Positions 9,630 to 19,468 of a stretch of 64,000 bases of DNA are shown in pieces. Under the pieces are notes generated by a model. It saw only the letters and a list, made by a program, of their open reading frames with translations, did no database searches and was not told the origin of the DNA. Source of the stretch: an uncultured Collinsella sp. (GTDB taxonomy: Bacteria; Actinomycetota; Coriobacteriia; Coriobacteriales; Coriobacteriaceae); assembly GCA_959604825.1 (NCBI GenBank), contig CAUHCN010000004.1, positions 4,815 through 68,814 of the forward strand. The letters run 5' to 3'. Within the stretch, counting starts at the first letter, position 1. Each line of letters starts with the position of its first letter. A program made the position numbers and the translations under genes.

Positions 9630-10058
9630 ATGTCCAACCAGGGCAAGAAGGTTAAGACTCATTATCGCGGCACGCTCGATGACGGCACGCAGTTCGATAG
9701 CTCCTACGATCGCGGCGAGCCGCTGGAGTTCACCTGCGGCGCCGGCCAGATGATCAAGGGCTTCGACGCTGCTGTTGTCGACATGCAGGTGGGCGAGAAG
9801 AAGACTGTGCACATCCCGGCTGCCGATGCCTACGGCGAGCACAACCCCGAGATGGTCCTGACCTTCCCGGCCGAGCAGGTTCCCAACATCGAGCAGATCG
9901 AGAAGGGCATGAAGCTCTTCCTGTCCACGCCGAGCGGTATGCCCGTCCCCGCCGTCGTCATTGACGTGACGCCCGAGGCTGTGACGCTCGACGCCAACCA
10001 CGAGCTGGCCGGCAAGGACCTCAACTTTGATATCGAGCTCGTCGAGGTCGAGGGCTAG
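9630..10058 (+). CDS. FKBP-type peptidyl-prolyl isomerase, SlyD-like without His-rich tail
   Basis: HYRGTLDDGTQFDSS, GQMIKGFD, AYGE, DANHELAGKDLNFDIEL. Confidence 0.92.
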   Translation: MSNQGKKVKTHYRGTLDDGTQFDSSYDRGEPLEFTCGAGQMIKGFDAAVVDMQVGEKKTVHIPAADAYGEHNPEMVLTFPAEQVPNIEQIEKGMKLFLSTPSGMPVPAVVIDVTPEAVTLDANHELAGKDLNFDIELVEVEG

Positions 10059-10061
10059 AGC

Positions 10062-10637
10062 ATGCCTGAACGCTTGGTTTCGACGACATGCTTGGGAAAT
10101 CTCAACGATCCGTCCTATGAACTCCTACTTCGCCGGGAGCTGGGCGGTGTCTTTGAAGTTGACGAGCTCCTGCTCGATTGGGACCAGGCTGATGCGCGCA
10201 CGTTTGTGGGCGTGACGGAGCTGGGGCGCACGGTCGATGTTCGGCTGGCGTCCGACGGCGGTCGTCTTGCCGACGGCGACGTGCTCGCCATTGACCGTTT
10301 GGGCATGGCGCCCGTGGCGGTTGTCGTGCGCCTGCGCAGCGCCGAGGTTTATTTAGTCGAAGTTGACCGCATGGACCCGATTGCGCTCGCGCATGCGTGC
10401 TGGGAGATCGGCAATATGCACGCGCCGCTTTTCCGAGGCGACTCGGACGAGCATACCGTGCGCATGTATACGCCGGTGCAGCCTGTTTTGGGCCGCATGC
10501 TCCGGGGTGTCGAGGGTGTTCGGCTCTCGGTGGTTACGCGCGAGCTCGATGCCAGTCGGCGCTTTGCGTCGAGCGCGGCGGATGTTGTCGTGAGTATGGC
10601 TCCCGACTTTACAATCGTAAAGGCGGCGCGTGGTTAA
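10062..10637 (+). CDS. urease accessory UreE-like metallochaperone
   Basis: LADGDVL, AHACWEIGNMHAPL (UreE GNxH motif). Confidence 0.75.
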   Translation: MPERLVSTTCLGNLNDPSYELLLRRELGGVFEVDELLLDWDQADARTFVGVTELGRTVDVRLASDGGRLADGDVLAIDRLGMAPVAVVVRLRSAEVYLVEVDRMDPIALAHACWEIGNMHAPLFRGDSDEHTVRMYTPVQPVLGRMLRGVEGVRLSVVTRELDASRRFASSAADVVVSMAPDFTIVKAARG

Positions 10638-10719
10638 CGCGCATATATGCAAGACGGACTTTGAGAGGCAACGATTCAAAGTCCGTCTTGCTGTTGATGA
10701 GATGTTTTGGGGGAAACAT

Positions 10720-11517
10720 ATGGGTCTTGAGGGAATCAAGCTGATCGCCTGCGATTTGGATGGCACGTTGCTGCATCCGGGGGAGCGCGAGCCGCGTTCC
10801 GAGGCGTTTGAGCTCATCGATGAGCTACATCGTCGCGGCATTGTGTTTATGCCGGCGAGCGGCCGTCAATATGCGAGCCTGCGCTACCTGTTTGCCCCGG
10901 TGGCCGATGAGCTCGCCTATGTATGCGAAAACGGAGCCCTGGTGATGAGCGAGGGGCATGCCGTTGTCAAGCGTTCCATGGAGCGTAGCCTTGCTATGGA
11001 TATCGCGAATGCCGTGGTTGCGTATCCCCATGCCGACGTGACCCTTTCGTGCGAGGGGCACCTCTACACCATGAGCGGCAACGATGCGTTCGTCGACCAT
11101 TTGCGCTATGAGGTCCACTGCGATGTGGCGGTGGTCGACCGTCCCGAGGACATCGACGAGGATGTCATTAAGATTGCCTTCCAGACGCCCGAAATTGATC
11201 AGCCGGTGGCCCTGGAGTATTTCGAGCGTCTCTTTAGCGACCGAGTCGATGTGATGACGTCGGGAACCGAATGGACTGACTTTATCGGCTTTGACTCGGG
11301 CAAGGGGTCCGCGCTTGCCGATTATGGTCGTGCCCTGGGGATCTCGCCCGATGCGATGATGGCGTTTGGCGACAATGAGAACGATCGCGACATGCTCAAC
11401 GTCGTGGGCCATCCCTATCTGATGGAGAGCTGCAACCCTACCATGCGCGGTGTCAATGACCGTGTCCGCTACGTGCGCACGGTCGAAGAGGAACTGCATC
11501 GCCTGCTCGCCGAGTAG
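10720..11517 (+). CDS. Cof-type HAD hydrolase
   Basis: DLDGTL, ASGR, ENGA, GKG, FGDNEND. Confidence 0.92.
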   Translation: MGLEGIKLIACDLDGTLLHPGEREPRSEAFELIDELHRRGIVFMPASGRQYASLRYLFAPVADELAYVCENGALVMSEGHAVVKRSMERSLAMDIANAVVAYPHADVTLSCEGHLYTMSGNDAFVDHLRYEVHCDVAVVDRPEDIDEDVIKIAFQTPEIDQPVALEYFERLFSDRVDVMTSGTEWTDFIGFDSGKGSALADYGRALGISPDAMMAFGDNENDRDMLNVVGHPYLMESCNPTMRGVNDRVRYVRTVEEELHRLLAE

Positions 11518-11594
11518 ATATATGTGGCATGCCTAGAAATCGACTTTTTGCTGCAGAGTGCAGAAAGGTGGATTTTAAGGCGTGTCCCAAACAT

Positions 11595-11975
11595 CTACCG
11601 GCAGTCGGGACAGAGACCCTCAAAGATGGTGTAGTGCGACGTGACGTGCCAGCCGATTTGCTCGGACGCCTTGTCGTCGAGTTGGGCATCGAAGGGGAGC
11701 GGCACGTCGATGACGCGGCTGCACGAGGTGCAGATGATATGTGCGTGCGGCTCGATGGTGCGATCGAAGCGGCTGCCGCCCGGCGTCTTAATAGAGAGAA
11801 TCTCCCCTGCGTCGGCTAAGAGATTGAGGTTGCGGTAGACCGTGCCGCGGCTGATCTTGTCATCCTGTTCGCGTACGGCGTTGTAGATTTCGTCGGCGGT
11901 GGGATGGTTATAGCTTTGGCGCACAGCGTCAAGAACCAGCTTTCGCTGCTTGGTATTCCTTCTTTGCACCGCCAT
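11595..11975 (-). CDS. Fur/PerR family transcriptional regulator
   Basis: TKQR, HPTADEIY, TVYRNL, HAHIICTSC, GLCPDC. Confidence 0.92.
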   Translation of the reverse strand: MAVQRRNTKQRKLVLDAVRQSYNHPTADEIYNAVREQDDKISRGTVYRNLNLLADAGEILSIKTPGGSRFDRTIEPHAHIICTSCSRVIDVPLPFDAQLDDKASEQIGWHVTSHYTIFEGLCPDCR

Positions 11976-12036
11976 GCGCCTCGCCTCTTTTCTATCAACG
12001 GTCGTAGGTAAATGATACCGTATTTAGCACACAATA

Positions 12037-12447
12037 CTAATAACGAGGAATGAAACCGTCTTCATTGGCAAGTGGGGCTCGGGTCTGGGCGTCTACGAGG
12101 CGAAAACGCGTTCCCATGCGCTCATAGGAGGCATGAAGCGCCTCGAGATGAGACAGGATGTTTGCCGGAGCTCCCTGTATCTCCATCTCGACTGAGCCGT
12201 CTTCCATGTTACGCACCCAGCCGGTGAGTGCGCGTGCCTGTGCGAGGTTGGTGTTGGTAAAGCGAAAACCAACGCCTTGGACTTGCCCCGCCCAGCGCAG
12301 GAAATAGCGCAGGGGAGTGTCTTGAGTGGCCTCGTCGCTTGCGAGTACGGTAAGCCTGCGGCGCAGCTCGAGCTCGACGTTTGATGGTTTTTGAGGCTCT
12401 CGACTGCCGCCGGTGACGCTGGAGAAGAACGTATCGAAGAGGCCCAT
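12037..12447 (-). CDS. acylphosphatase family protein with N-terminal extension
   Basis: GQVQGVGFR, GWVRNMEDGSVE. Confidence 0.85.
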   Translation of the reverse strand: MGLFDTFFSSVTGGSREPQKPSNVELELRRRLTVLASDEATQDTPLRYFLRWAGQVQGVGFRFTNTNLAQARALTGWVRNMEDGSVEMEIQGAPANILSHLEALHASYERMGTRFRLVDAQTRAPLANEDGFIPRY

Positions 12448-12449
12448 CG

Positions 12450-13556
12450 CTATGCCTGCTTGCCTGCGTCGGCCGGGAAGGTTATGCCGGCCTGCTGGCG
12501 CACGGCATCCATGATGCGCAGTGAGACGAGCGTGACATCGCGGTAGTGGCCAAGCTCGTGGCGTCCCGCCGGGGTCTCCCAAATCTCTTCCTTAACGTTA
12601 TCGATGCCGCCGATGGCGCTGATAAAGTCTGTGAGTTCGTATTCCATAGTGTTGCTCGATTCGGGCAGGTCGAGCACGCGGCCGTTGTCGCCCTGTTCGC
12701 GCGGTGCCTCGGTCGCCGAGCCACGTACGACGTCGCCGCGGTAGTCGATGCGGACGTTGCGGGGCGTGGACAGATGATCGATCTGGATAGTGCCACGCTC
12801 GCCTTCGATCTGCGAGGGCAGCAGGTCATTCGTAATTTTGGAGTGCGCGAGCTCGACGGAGATACGGCCACCGCCGTAGCTGGCGAGGATGGATCCGCAG
12901 CCGTCGATGGGGCCGTGCGTGAGCTGTCGCGTGGTGGGGTCGAGCAGAGTAATCATGCTCGTAAGGCCGGAGGGCATGCCGAAAATCTCGACCATGGGCT
13001 CGACGGTGTAGACGCCAATGTCCATGAGGGAACCCGATGCCATATTGCAGTCGAAGATATTGGTGGCGCGTCCCGCGAGAATCTCGTTGTAGCGCGAGGA
13101 ATATTTGCCAAAGCGCAATGAGGCGCGGCGGATGGGGGCGATCTCGCCCAGGGCGTCCTCGATGGCGTGGAAGGCGGGATCGTGGAGGGGACGCATGGCC
13201 TCGAGGGCCACGACACCTGCTGCCTCGGCAGCGCGGAAGACTTCCAGCGCCTGCGCTTCGGTGGCGCAGAAGGGCTTCTCGACGATGACGTGCTTGCCAC
13301 CGGCGATGCAGGCAAGGGCCTGCTCGTAGTGAAGTGCGTTGGGGCTGCCGATATAGACGGCGTCGACGTCGGCGGCTGCCGCAAGCTCATCGAGTGAGAT
13401 AAAGTTTCGCTCGCCATCGCGCTCGGCGGTAAAGGCAGCACCGCGATTGGCATCGCGTGAAAGCGTGCCCACAAACGCGGCTTGGTCGTTGGCGTTGACG
13501 ACTTGGATAAAGTCGTCGGTGATCATGGATGTGCCGATGGTCGCGATGCGCAGCAT
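12450..13556 (-). CDS. Gfo/Idh/MocA oxidoreductase
   Basis: YIGSPNALH, KHVIVEKP, GSLMDIGVY. Confidence 0.9.
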   Translation of the reverse strand: MLRIATIGTSMITDDFIQVVNANDQAAFVGTLSRDANRGAAFTAERDGERNFISLDELAAAADVDAVYIGSPNALHYEQALACIAGGKHVIVEKPFCATEAQALEVFRAAEAAGVVALEAMRPLHDPAFHAIEDALGEIAPIRRASLRFGKYSSRYNEILAGRATNIFDCNMASGSLMDIGVYTVEPMVEIFGMPSGLTSMITLLDPTTRQLTHGPIDGCGSILASYGGGRISVELAHSKITNDLLPSQIEGERGTIQIDHLSTPRNVRIDYRGDVVRGSATEAPREQGDNGRVLDLPESSNTMEYELTDFISAIGGIDNVKEEIWETPAGRHELGHYRDVTLVSLRIMDAVRQQAGITFPADAGKQA

Positions 13557-13631
13557 ACGTCCCCCCTACGTTGTTTGGTCTACAGGATGAGTGTAGCGCG
13601 AGGGGGCAGGAAATAGCGTGCGAAAACGCCG

Positions 13632-14117
13632 TTACAGGTCGCTCTCGTTAAAGCCGGTATCGATATCGAGGTTGCTGCCGTCGGCCGCCGTGGTGGCGAG
13701 CTCATCGCAGCGCTCGTTGAGCTCATGGCCGGCGTGACCCTTAACCCAGATGAACTCAACCTTGTGCTTGCTTTTGGCGGCGAGTAGGCGCTCCCACAGG
13801 TCGCGGTTCTTGACGGGCTGCTTGTTGGCGGTTTTCCATCCGCGCTTTTTCCAGCCGTCAATCCAGTGCTTGTTGAAGGCGTTGACGACGTACTGCGAAT
13901 CGGAATGGACCTCGACCTCGCAGGGGCGGTTAAGTGCCTCGAGCGCCACGATGACCGCCATGAGCTCCATGCGGTTGTTGGTGGTCTTGGCGTAGCCGCG
14001 CGAAAGCTCGGAGGTGAAGGTCTTGCCGGCGGGGTTGGTGTATTTGAGCACGGCGCCGTAGCCGCCGCGTCCCGGATTTGATCGGGCCGAGCCGTCGGTA
14101 TAGATGATGACCTTCAC
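13632..14117 (-). CDS. rnhA: ribonuclease HI
   Basis: [38 protein letters not shown] start after AAGGAAG. Confidence 0.95.
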   Translation of the reverse strand: MKVIIYTDGSARSNPGRGGYGAVLKYTNPAGKTFTSELSRGYAKTTNNRMELMAVIVALEALNRPCEVEVHSDSQYVVNAFNKHWIDGWKKRGWKTANKQPVKNRDLWERLLAAKSKHKVEFIWVKGHAGHELNERCDELATTAADGSNLDIDTGFNESDL

Positions 14118-14216
14118 GGGCTTCCTTTCGTTGGGTACGTTTCGTGTGAGTGACCATTGTAGCGCCATGCCCGCCGGGGGCTAGCAATCTACGATTTCTA
14201 CCCCGTCTTCCGACAG

Positions 14217-15119
14217 TTAGTTGGCACGGATGATGCGGTTGAGCTCGTCGAGGTATTGCTGCAAGAGGGGAGAGGGCTTGCGCTCGTCGTGCATGATATA
14301 GCCTACGTGCATCGTTGGGGCGTCTGCTAACGGGATCGATGCCATACCCCATTGCATTTCATTGGAGAGGACACCGGTCGACAGGGTGTAACCGTTCGAC
14401 GTGATAAGTAAGTTAGTAAGTGTTCCGCGGTCCGAGATTCGTATGTTGCGGTCGCAAGGGATATAGCTAAAAGGTTCCTCGGCGTAATAGAAGGAGCTCG
14501 AGGTGCCTTGCTCAAAGCTGTAGCGCGTATAGGGTGTAAGGTCGGCAAGGGACAGCTGCGGGCGGCGTGCGAGCGGGTGGCGCTCGCTAACGAAGACGTG
14601 GACCGTCGCGTCGAAGAGGGGATGGAAGCTTGCGTGGGCATCGGCGAAGGCCTTCTGCAGAACGCGGGCGTTAAAGTCGTCCAGATAGAGGATGCCGATG
14701 TCGCTGCGAAACGCGCGGACGTCATCGATGATCTGCGACGTGGTGGTCTCGCGCATGATGAATTCGAACTTGCTGTCCCGGCAGCGCTCGACGACGTTGA
14801 CGAAGGCCTCGACCGAAAAAGCGTAATGCTGGGCCGAGATGGCAAGGCGCGCCTGGGGCGTGCCGCCGTCCTCGTAGCGGGCCTCGAGCATATCGGCCTG
14901 CTCTACGACTTGACGCGCATAGCCCAAAAGCTCGGTGCCGTCGTTGGTGAGCGTGACGCCGCGGCTGGAGCGCGTAAAGATCTCCAGATGGAGCTCCTGT
15001 TCCAGGCTTTTGACGGCGTTTGAGATGTTGGACTGAGCGGTATAGAGGCGCTGAGCTGCGGCGTTGATTGAGCCGGACTCTGCCACGGCGATCAGAAAAC
15101 GAAGCTGCTGGAGGGTCAT
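14217..15119 (-). CDS. LysR family regulator (MtaR/CmbR-like), divergent from metY
   Basis: MTLQQLRF...SINAAAQRL...QSNIS HTH followed by a LysR substrate domain. Confidence 0.92.
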   Translation of the reverse strand: MTLQQLRFLIAVAESGSINAAAQRLYTAQSNISNAVKSLEQELHLEIFTRSSRGVTLTNDGTELLGYARQVVEQADMLEARYEDGGTPQARLAISAQHYAFSVEAFVNVVERCRDSKFEFIMRETTTSQIIDDVRAFRSDIGILYLDDFNARVLQKAFADAHASFHPLFDATVHVFVSERHPLARRPQLSLADLTPYTRYSFEQGTSSSFYYAEEPFSYIPCDRNIRISDRGTLTNLLITSNGYTLSTGVLSNEMQWGMASIPLADAPTMHVGYIMHDERKPSPLLQQYLDELNRIIRAN

Positions 15120-15138
15120 CGACGCAATCCTTCCGATT

Positions 15139-15159
15139 GTTATCTATAAAAACGATAAC
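15139..15159. promoter_or_regulatory. probable LysR operator
   Basis: palindrome GTTATC-N9-GATAAC containing T-N11-A, between lysR and metY. Confidence 0.55.
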
Positions 15160-15276
15160 AGGTTAGCGCTTTTAAGTGATTGACCGAGGGAAATAATGCT
15201 CGTACTATTCAAAACACACAAAGGCGGTAGGTAATTAAGCCAACCACGGAACCGGGATGCGAAAGGAGGCCCGCAT

Positions 15277-15330
15277 ATGAATTGCTTACCAAGACGAATG
15301 CCGGGCTCCTGTTTGCGCCCGTCGGCGTGA
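15277..15330 (+). CDS. putative leader peptide MNCLPRRMPGSCLRPSA
   Basis: AAGGAGG SD before ATG; 17 codons in the metY 5' leader. Confidence 0.4.
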   Translation: MNCLPRRMPGSCLRPSA

Positions 15331-15391
15331 TCAGGAGACAGCGACTTACTTCTCTCTTTTTATTTACTTTTGTTCGATCAAGGAGATCATC

Positions 15392-16702
15392 ATGAGCCAG
15401 TTCATCAACAACCCCGAGCACACCTTTGGTTTCGATACCCTGCAGCTTCATGTTGGCCAGGAGAGCGCCGACCCCGCATCCGACTCCCGCGCCGTGCCTA
15501 TCTACCAGACCACGAGCTATGTGTTCCGCAACTCCCAGCACGCCGCCGATCGCTTTGGTCTTGCCGATGCTGGTAACATCTACGGCCGTCTGACCAACTC
15601 CACCCAGGGCGTCTTTGAGGACCGTATCGCCGCGCTCGAGGGTGGCGTGGCCGGTCTTGCCGTCGCCTCCGGTGCCGCTGCCATCACCTATACCCTGCAG
15701 GCTCTTGCCCAGGCCGGTGACCACGTGGTGGCTCAGAAGACCATCTACGGCGGTTCCTACAACCTGCTGGAGCATACGCTCTCCCAGTTTGGCGTCGGGA
15801 CCACGTTTGTCGATGCTCATAACCTGGAAGAGGTTGAGGGTGCCATCAAGGACAACACCACGGTCATCTATCTCGAGACGCTCGGCAACCCCAACTCTGA
15901 CATCCCCAACATCGACGCCATCTCCGAGATCGCCAAGAAGCACGGTCTGCCGGTTGTCGTCGACAACACTTTCGGCACCCCGTATCTGTTCCGTCCGCTG
16001 GAGCATGGCGCCAACATCGTTGTCCACTCCGCAACCAAGTTCATCGGCGGCCACGGCACCTCGCTGGGCGGTGTGATCGTCGACGGCGGTAACTTCGATT
16101 GGAAGGCGAGCGGAAAGTACGCCCAAATCGCTGAGCCCAACCCCTCCTACCATGGTGTTTCGTTTGCCGAGGCTGCCGGTCCCGCCGCCTTCGCAACCTA
16201 TGTTCGCGCCATCCTGCTGCGTGACGAGGGTGCCTGCATCAGCCCGTTCAACGCCTGGGTCCTGCTCCAGGGCACCGAGACCCTGTCGCTGCGCGTCGAC
16301 CGCCATGTCGAGAACACCAAGAAGGTCGTTGAGTTCCTGGCTGGTGACAGCCATGTCGCCAAGGTGAACCACCCGAGCCTGCCTGAGCACCCCGATCACG
16401 AGCTCTATCAGAAGTACTTCCCCAACGGCGGCGCTTCGATCTTCACCTTTGAGATTAAGGGTGGCCAGGAGGCTGCCTGGAAGTTCATCGATCATCTGCA
16501 GGTGTTCTCGCTGCTCGCCAACGTGGCCGACGTCAAGTCGCTCGTCGTGCACCCGGCTACCACCACGCACTCCCAGCTCTCTGCCGAGGAGCTCGCCGAG
16601 CAGAACATCACGCCCTCCACGATCCGTCTTTCCATCGGTACCGAGAACGCCGAGGACATCATTTGGGATCTGAAGCAGGCCTTCGCCGCGCTGGACGAGT
16701 AA
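15392..16702 (+). CDS. metY: O-acetylhomoserine/O-acetylserine sulfhydrylase
   Basis: AVPIYQTTSY, NIYGRL, HSATKFIGGHG (PLP Lys), LANVAD, HPATTTHSQL. Confidence 0.93.
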   Translation: MSQFINNPEHTFGFDTLQLHVGQESADPASDSRAVPIYQTTSYVFRNSQHAADRFGLADAGNIYGRLTNSTQGVFEDRIAALEGGVAGLAVASGAAAITYTLQALAQAGDHVVAQKTIYGGSYNLLEHTLSQFGVGTTFVDAHNLEEVEGAIKDNTTVIYLETLGNPNSDIPNIDAISEIAKKHGLPVVVDNTFGTPYLFRPLEHGANIVVHSATKFIGGHGTSLGGVIVDGGNFDWKASGKYAQIAEPNPSYHGVSFAEAAGPAAFATYVRAILLRDEGACISPFNAWVLLQGTETLSLRVDRHVENTKKVVEFLAGDSHVAKVNHPSLPEHPDHELYQKYFPNGGASIFTFEIKGGQEAAWKFIDHLQVFSLLANVADVKSLVVHPATTTHSQLSAEELAEQNITPSTIRLSIGTENAEDIIWDLKQAFAALDE

Positions 16703-16762
16703 GGCGACTTGTGCAAGGACCCCTTGCGACTCGATAGGTATAACTGCATAAAATGCCTGCTC

Positions 16763-16803
16763 AAGGCGCCTGTGCGAACAATGGTTGCACAGGCGCCTTT
16801 TTT
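16763..16803 (+). terminator. intrinsic terminator after metY
   Basis: AAGGCGCCTGTGCGA...TTGCACAGGCGCCTTTTTT. Confidence 0.8.
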
Positions 16804-17014
16804 GCATAGAGAGGGTGCAAAAACAGGGTTTTTGACATGCTTTATGCATTCGAGTTGTGGAAAACTCCTGTTGAGAGGATGTGAGTTTTACGCAATTGAC
16901 GTGCGCCTTTTGAGTAAAACCGCAGGTCGCGATTTGCTCGGGGTACTATGCAGCGCGATTGAATCACACGCAGCTCACACGCAGCAAAAACGCACTACGG
17001 AGGTTTCCAGCTAC

Positions 17015-17791
17015 ATGAGGATCGATTCACGAAAACCGAAAGCCGCCGCCCTTTCCGCCGCTCTGACCGTGGCACTTTTGGCGGGCGCCGGCGCAACTGA
17101 TGCCCATGCGGCAACACTATCCGATACGGTCGGATCTGCGCCGTCCGAGGCGACGCTGGTGCAGCCCGTCGACTACCGCGGCGACGGTTATGGCTCTATG
17201 CAGGAGTGGAACGCCTCGATGGGGGCAAAGCGCGATTCCCTGGAGATGCGCGCTCAGATCATTATGAATATGTATGGCGACTATGCTACCGATGACGAGC
17301 GCGCTGTGTTGCAGGGTTGCATCGACGGTGCGGGTAGCCTGTTGACGATGGGGGAAGTCGACGCCAAGTCGACCGAGCTCGACGAGCTTCGCTCCACGCT
17401 TGAGGATGCCAAGCGCGAGGCGCTCGAGGCTGCCGCAGCCGAAGCCGAGGCCGCTGAGGCCGTTCAGGCTTCGTATTACAACGCCGGCTTCGGCTCGTCT
17501 TATACGTCTGCTGCGTATTACGCGAACGGCTCGGGTCTGACGCGCTCGAGCGGCGTCAATAACTATAACGGCCGCCGCGAGACTTATTACAGCAGCAACG
17601 TGTTGTATCACCACCGCACGGGCGAGTGGACGCAGGATTCCGAGGGCTTTTGGCGCGATTCCGATGGTTACTATGTCGTTGCCGCGGGCGATAAGGCCCA
17701 AGGCTCCACGTTTACCGGTTCCAAGGGTGAGTGCAAGGTCTATGACTCCGGCTGCGCAGCCGGAACCACCGACTACTATACCGGTTGGTAA
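17015..17791 (+). CDS. secreted protein with coiled-coil and C-terminal 3D/RlpA-like domain
   Basis: signal peptide ending AHA-A; E/A-rich helix; C-terminal ETYY...VAA...VYDSGC...DYY. Confidence 0.7.
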   Translation: MRIDSRKPKAAALSAALTVALLAGAGATDAHAATLSDTVGSAPSEATLVQPVDYRGDGYGSMQEWNASMGAKRDSLEMRAQIIMNMYGDYATDDERAVLQGCIDGAGSLLTMGEVDAKSTELDELRSTLEDAKREALEAAAAEAEAAEAVQASYYNAGFGSSYTSAAYYANGSGLTRSSGVNNYNGRRETYYSSNVLYHHRTGEWTQDSEGFWRDSDGYYVVAAGDKAQGSTFTGSKGECKVYDSGCAAGTTDYYTGW

Positions 17792-17978
17792 TCTGCCATA
17801 AGCCAATTGGACATGACGGGCGAGCGTCTTTACCGAGCCTTTGGGCAACGTAAAGGCGTCCGTTTTTTGTGCATGCTTGAGTTAACAGAGCGCTTACCGT
17901 GGCCGTACGCCGCGCATATGGGCACGGGGCACACTAAGTCACGAGAAACAAAGTCTTTCTCGTGGAGGAAGTGGTCTT

Positions 17979-18185
17979 GTGAATGCTCGAGATATCGCCG
18001 TTGCCGCCGTTGCATTGACGCTTGGTTGCCTTGGTCCTACGGCCGCGCTCATTGCGGGCATGCAGGGGTCATGCGGGGCTGCTCCAATCGTGGTTGGCGC
18101 GCTGATTGCGGCCGCGCTGCTGGGAAGTGCGGGTGTAGTCCTTTGTCGCGACGATGAGGGCCAGGCCTCGGAGTCGCAGCTCTGA
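17979..18185 (+). CDS. small two-TM membrane protein
   Basis: GGAGG SD, GTG start, two hydrophobic segments, followed by a terminator. Confidence 0.55.
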   Translation: MNARDIAVAAVALTLGCLGPTAALIAGMQGSCGAAPIVVGALIAAALLGSAGVVLCRDDEGQASESQL

Positions 18186-18222
18186 CCGTCGGGACATCGA
18201 CTACTGGTTATAGATGAAGATG

Positions 18223-18259
18223 AAAGCCGCCGTAAGGGGAGTGCCCTTGCGGCGGCTTT
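18223..18259. terminator. bidirectional terminator
   Basis: AAAGCCGCCGTAAGGG...CCCTTGCGGCGGCTTT between convergent genes. Confidence 0.75.
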
Positions 18260-18292
18260 GCTGTTGAGTCTGTTGACGTGGTGAGTCGGGCG

Positions 18293-19207
18293 CTACCAGC
18301 TTGCCTCGATATCGCGAATGCGCTGATAGAGCCATTCGTTCTGCGGTGCCTGGATATCGTGCTTGGCCGCCAGACGGCAGATGGTGCCGGCGAACTCCTC
18401 GACCTCGGTTTTGCGCCGCGCGACGCGGTCTTGCGCCATCGAGGGCATGCCGGCGGGATCGATTCCTTCGATGAGGTGCACCATCTGCGTCAGGTCTGCC
18501 TCGGTCAGCTCAACGCCCTCGGCGTTGGCGACCGCAAGCGTTTCGCGCATGGCGGAAACAAGGCAGCGACGCTGCTCGGAGCCCGGCTCCGTGGCGCTTC
18601 CGTACGTGCCGCCGTAGGCCATGCAGGTCTGGTTGATGCCGTCGTTGAGCATGAGTTTGGCCCACATGCGGTGCGCAATGTCGCTCTCGACGGTGTGTGC
18701 GATGCCGCAGCGCGTGTAGAGCTCGTCGATTGCGGTGATGGCTGCGGGATCCGTACCGGCCGCCGCGCCAAAGCGGATTTCGCCCGTGTTGGTAAAGGTG
18801 AGCTCTCCGTTGAGAAACACAGCGTCCATGCCCTGGCAAATACCAAGAACGGTATGCTCCCAGCCAAAGCGCTCGGCAATCTTTTGCTCGCTCGTGATGC
18901 CGTTGCACAGCGAGGCGATGAGCGTATTGGGTCCCACGACGCGCTCCATAGTCTTGAGTGCTTGGTCGAGACCGGTGGTCTTGACCGTCAGGATGACCAG
19001 ATCGGCGGGCGTTGCCTTGCTGGCGCGGACGGACTTGAGCGCACAGGGCTTGCCGTTGACGGTGAGCGCATCGTTTGCGTGACGCTCAAAACGGGCGTCA
19101 TCCATAACGTATTCGACGGCGTCATTGCCGAGGGCCTTGGCAATCATGCTGCCGTAGAGTAGCCCGACACCGCCCTTGCCGATAAAGGCGACCTTGTTGA
19201 TCTGCAT
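18293..19207 (-). CDS. panE: ketopantoate reductase family protein
   Basis: FIGKGGVG, VK, SLCNGI, WAKL, PSMAQD, TEVE. Confidence 0.85.
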   Translation of the reverse strand: MQINKVAFIGKGGVGLLYGSMIAKALGNDAVEYVMDDARFERHANDALTVNGKPCALKSVRASKATPADLVILTVKTTGLDQALKTMERVVGPNTLIASLCNGITSEQKIAERFGWEHTVLGICQGMDAVFLNGELTFTNTGEIRFGAAAGTDPAAITAIDELYTRCGIAHTVESDIAHRMWAKLMLNDGINQTCMAYGGTYGSATEPGSEQRRCLVSAMRETLAVANAEGVELTEADLTQMVHLIEGIDPAGMPSMAQDRVARRKTEVEEFAGTICRLAAKHDIQAPQNEWLYQRIRDIEASW

Positions 19208-19468
19208 GCGAATCATCTCCCCATATAAAAGGCACCCGCGTAAGGGGCGCCTGATGGATTGTATGCCGCCGGACCATGCTGCGTGCACCGGATGGCCGTA
19301 TTTGTTTGTTGCTCCTTTCATCGGGCTTTTTGCTGATGTTAAAGCGGTGCCGTGACAGCTCGATTTCTGCTGCGTTACGATACGTTCTCGATTGCGATTC
19401 CACGATGTTTCGGCCGCGTGACCATTGTGTTTCGCCTTGCCGGGGCGCTGATGGCGAAAGGAGGGGCC

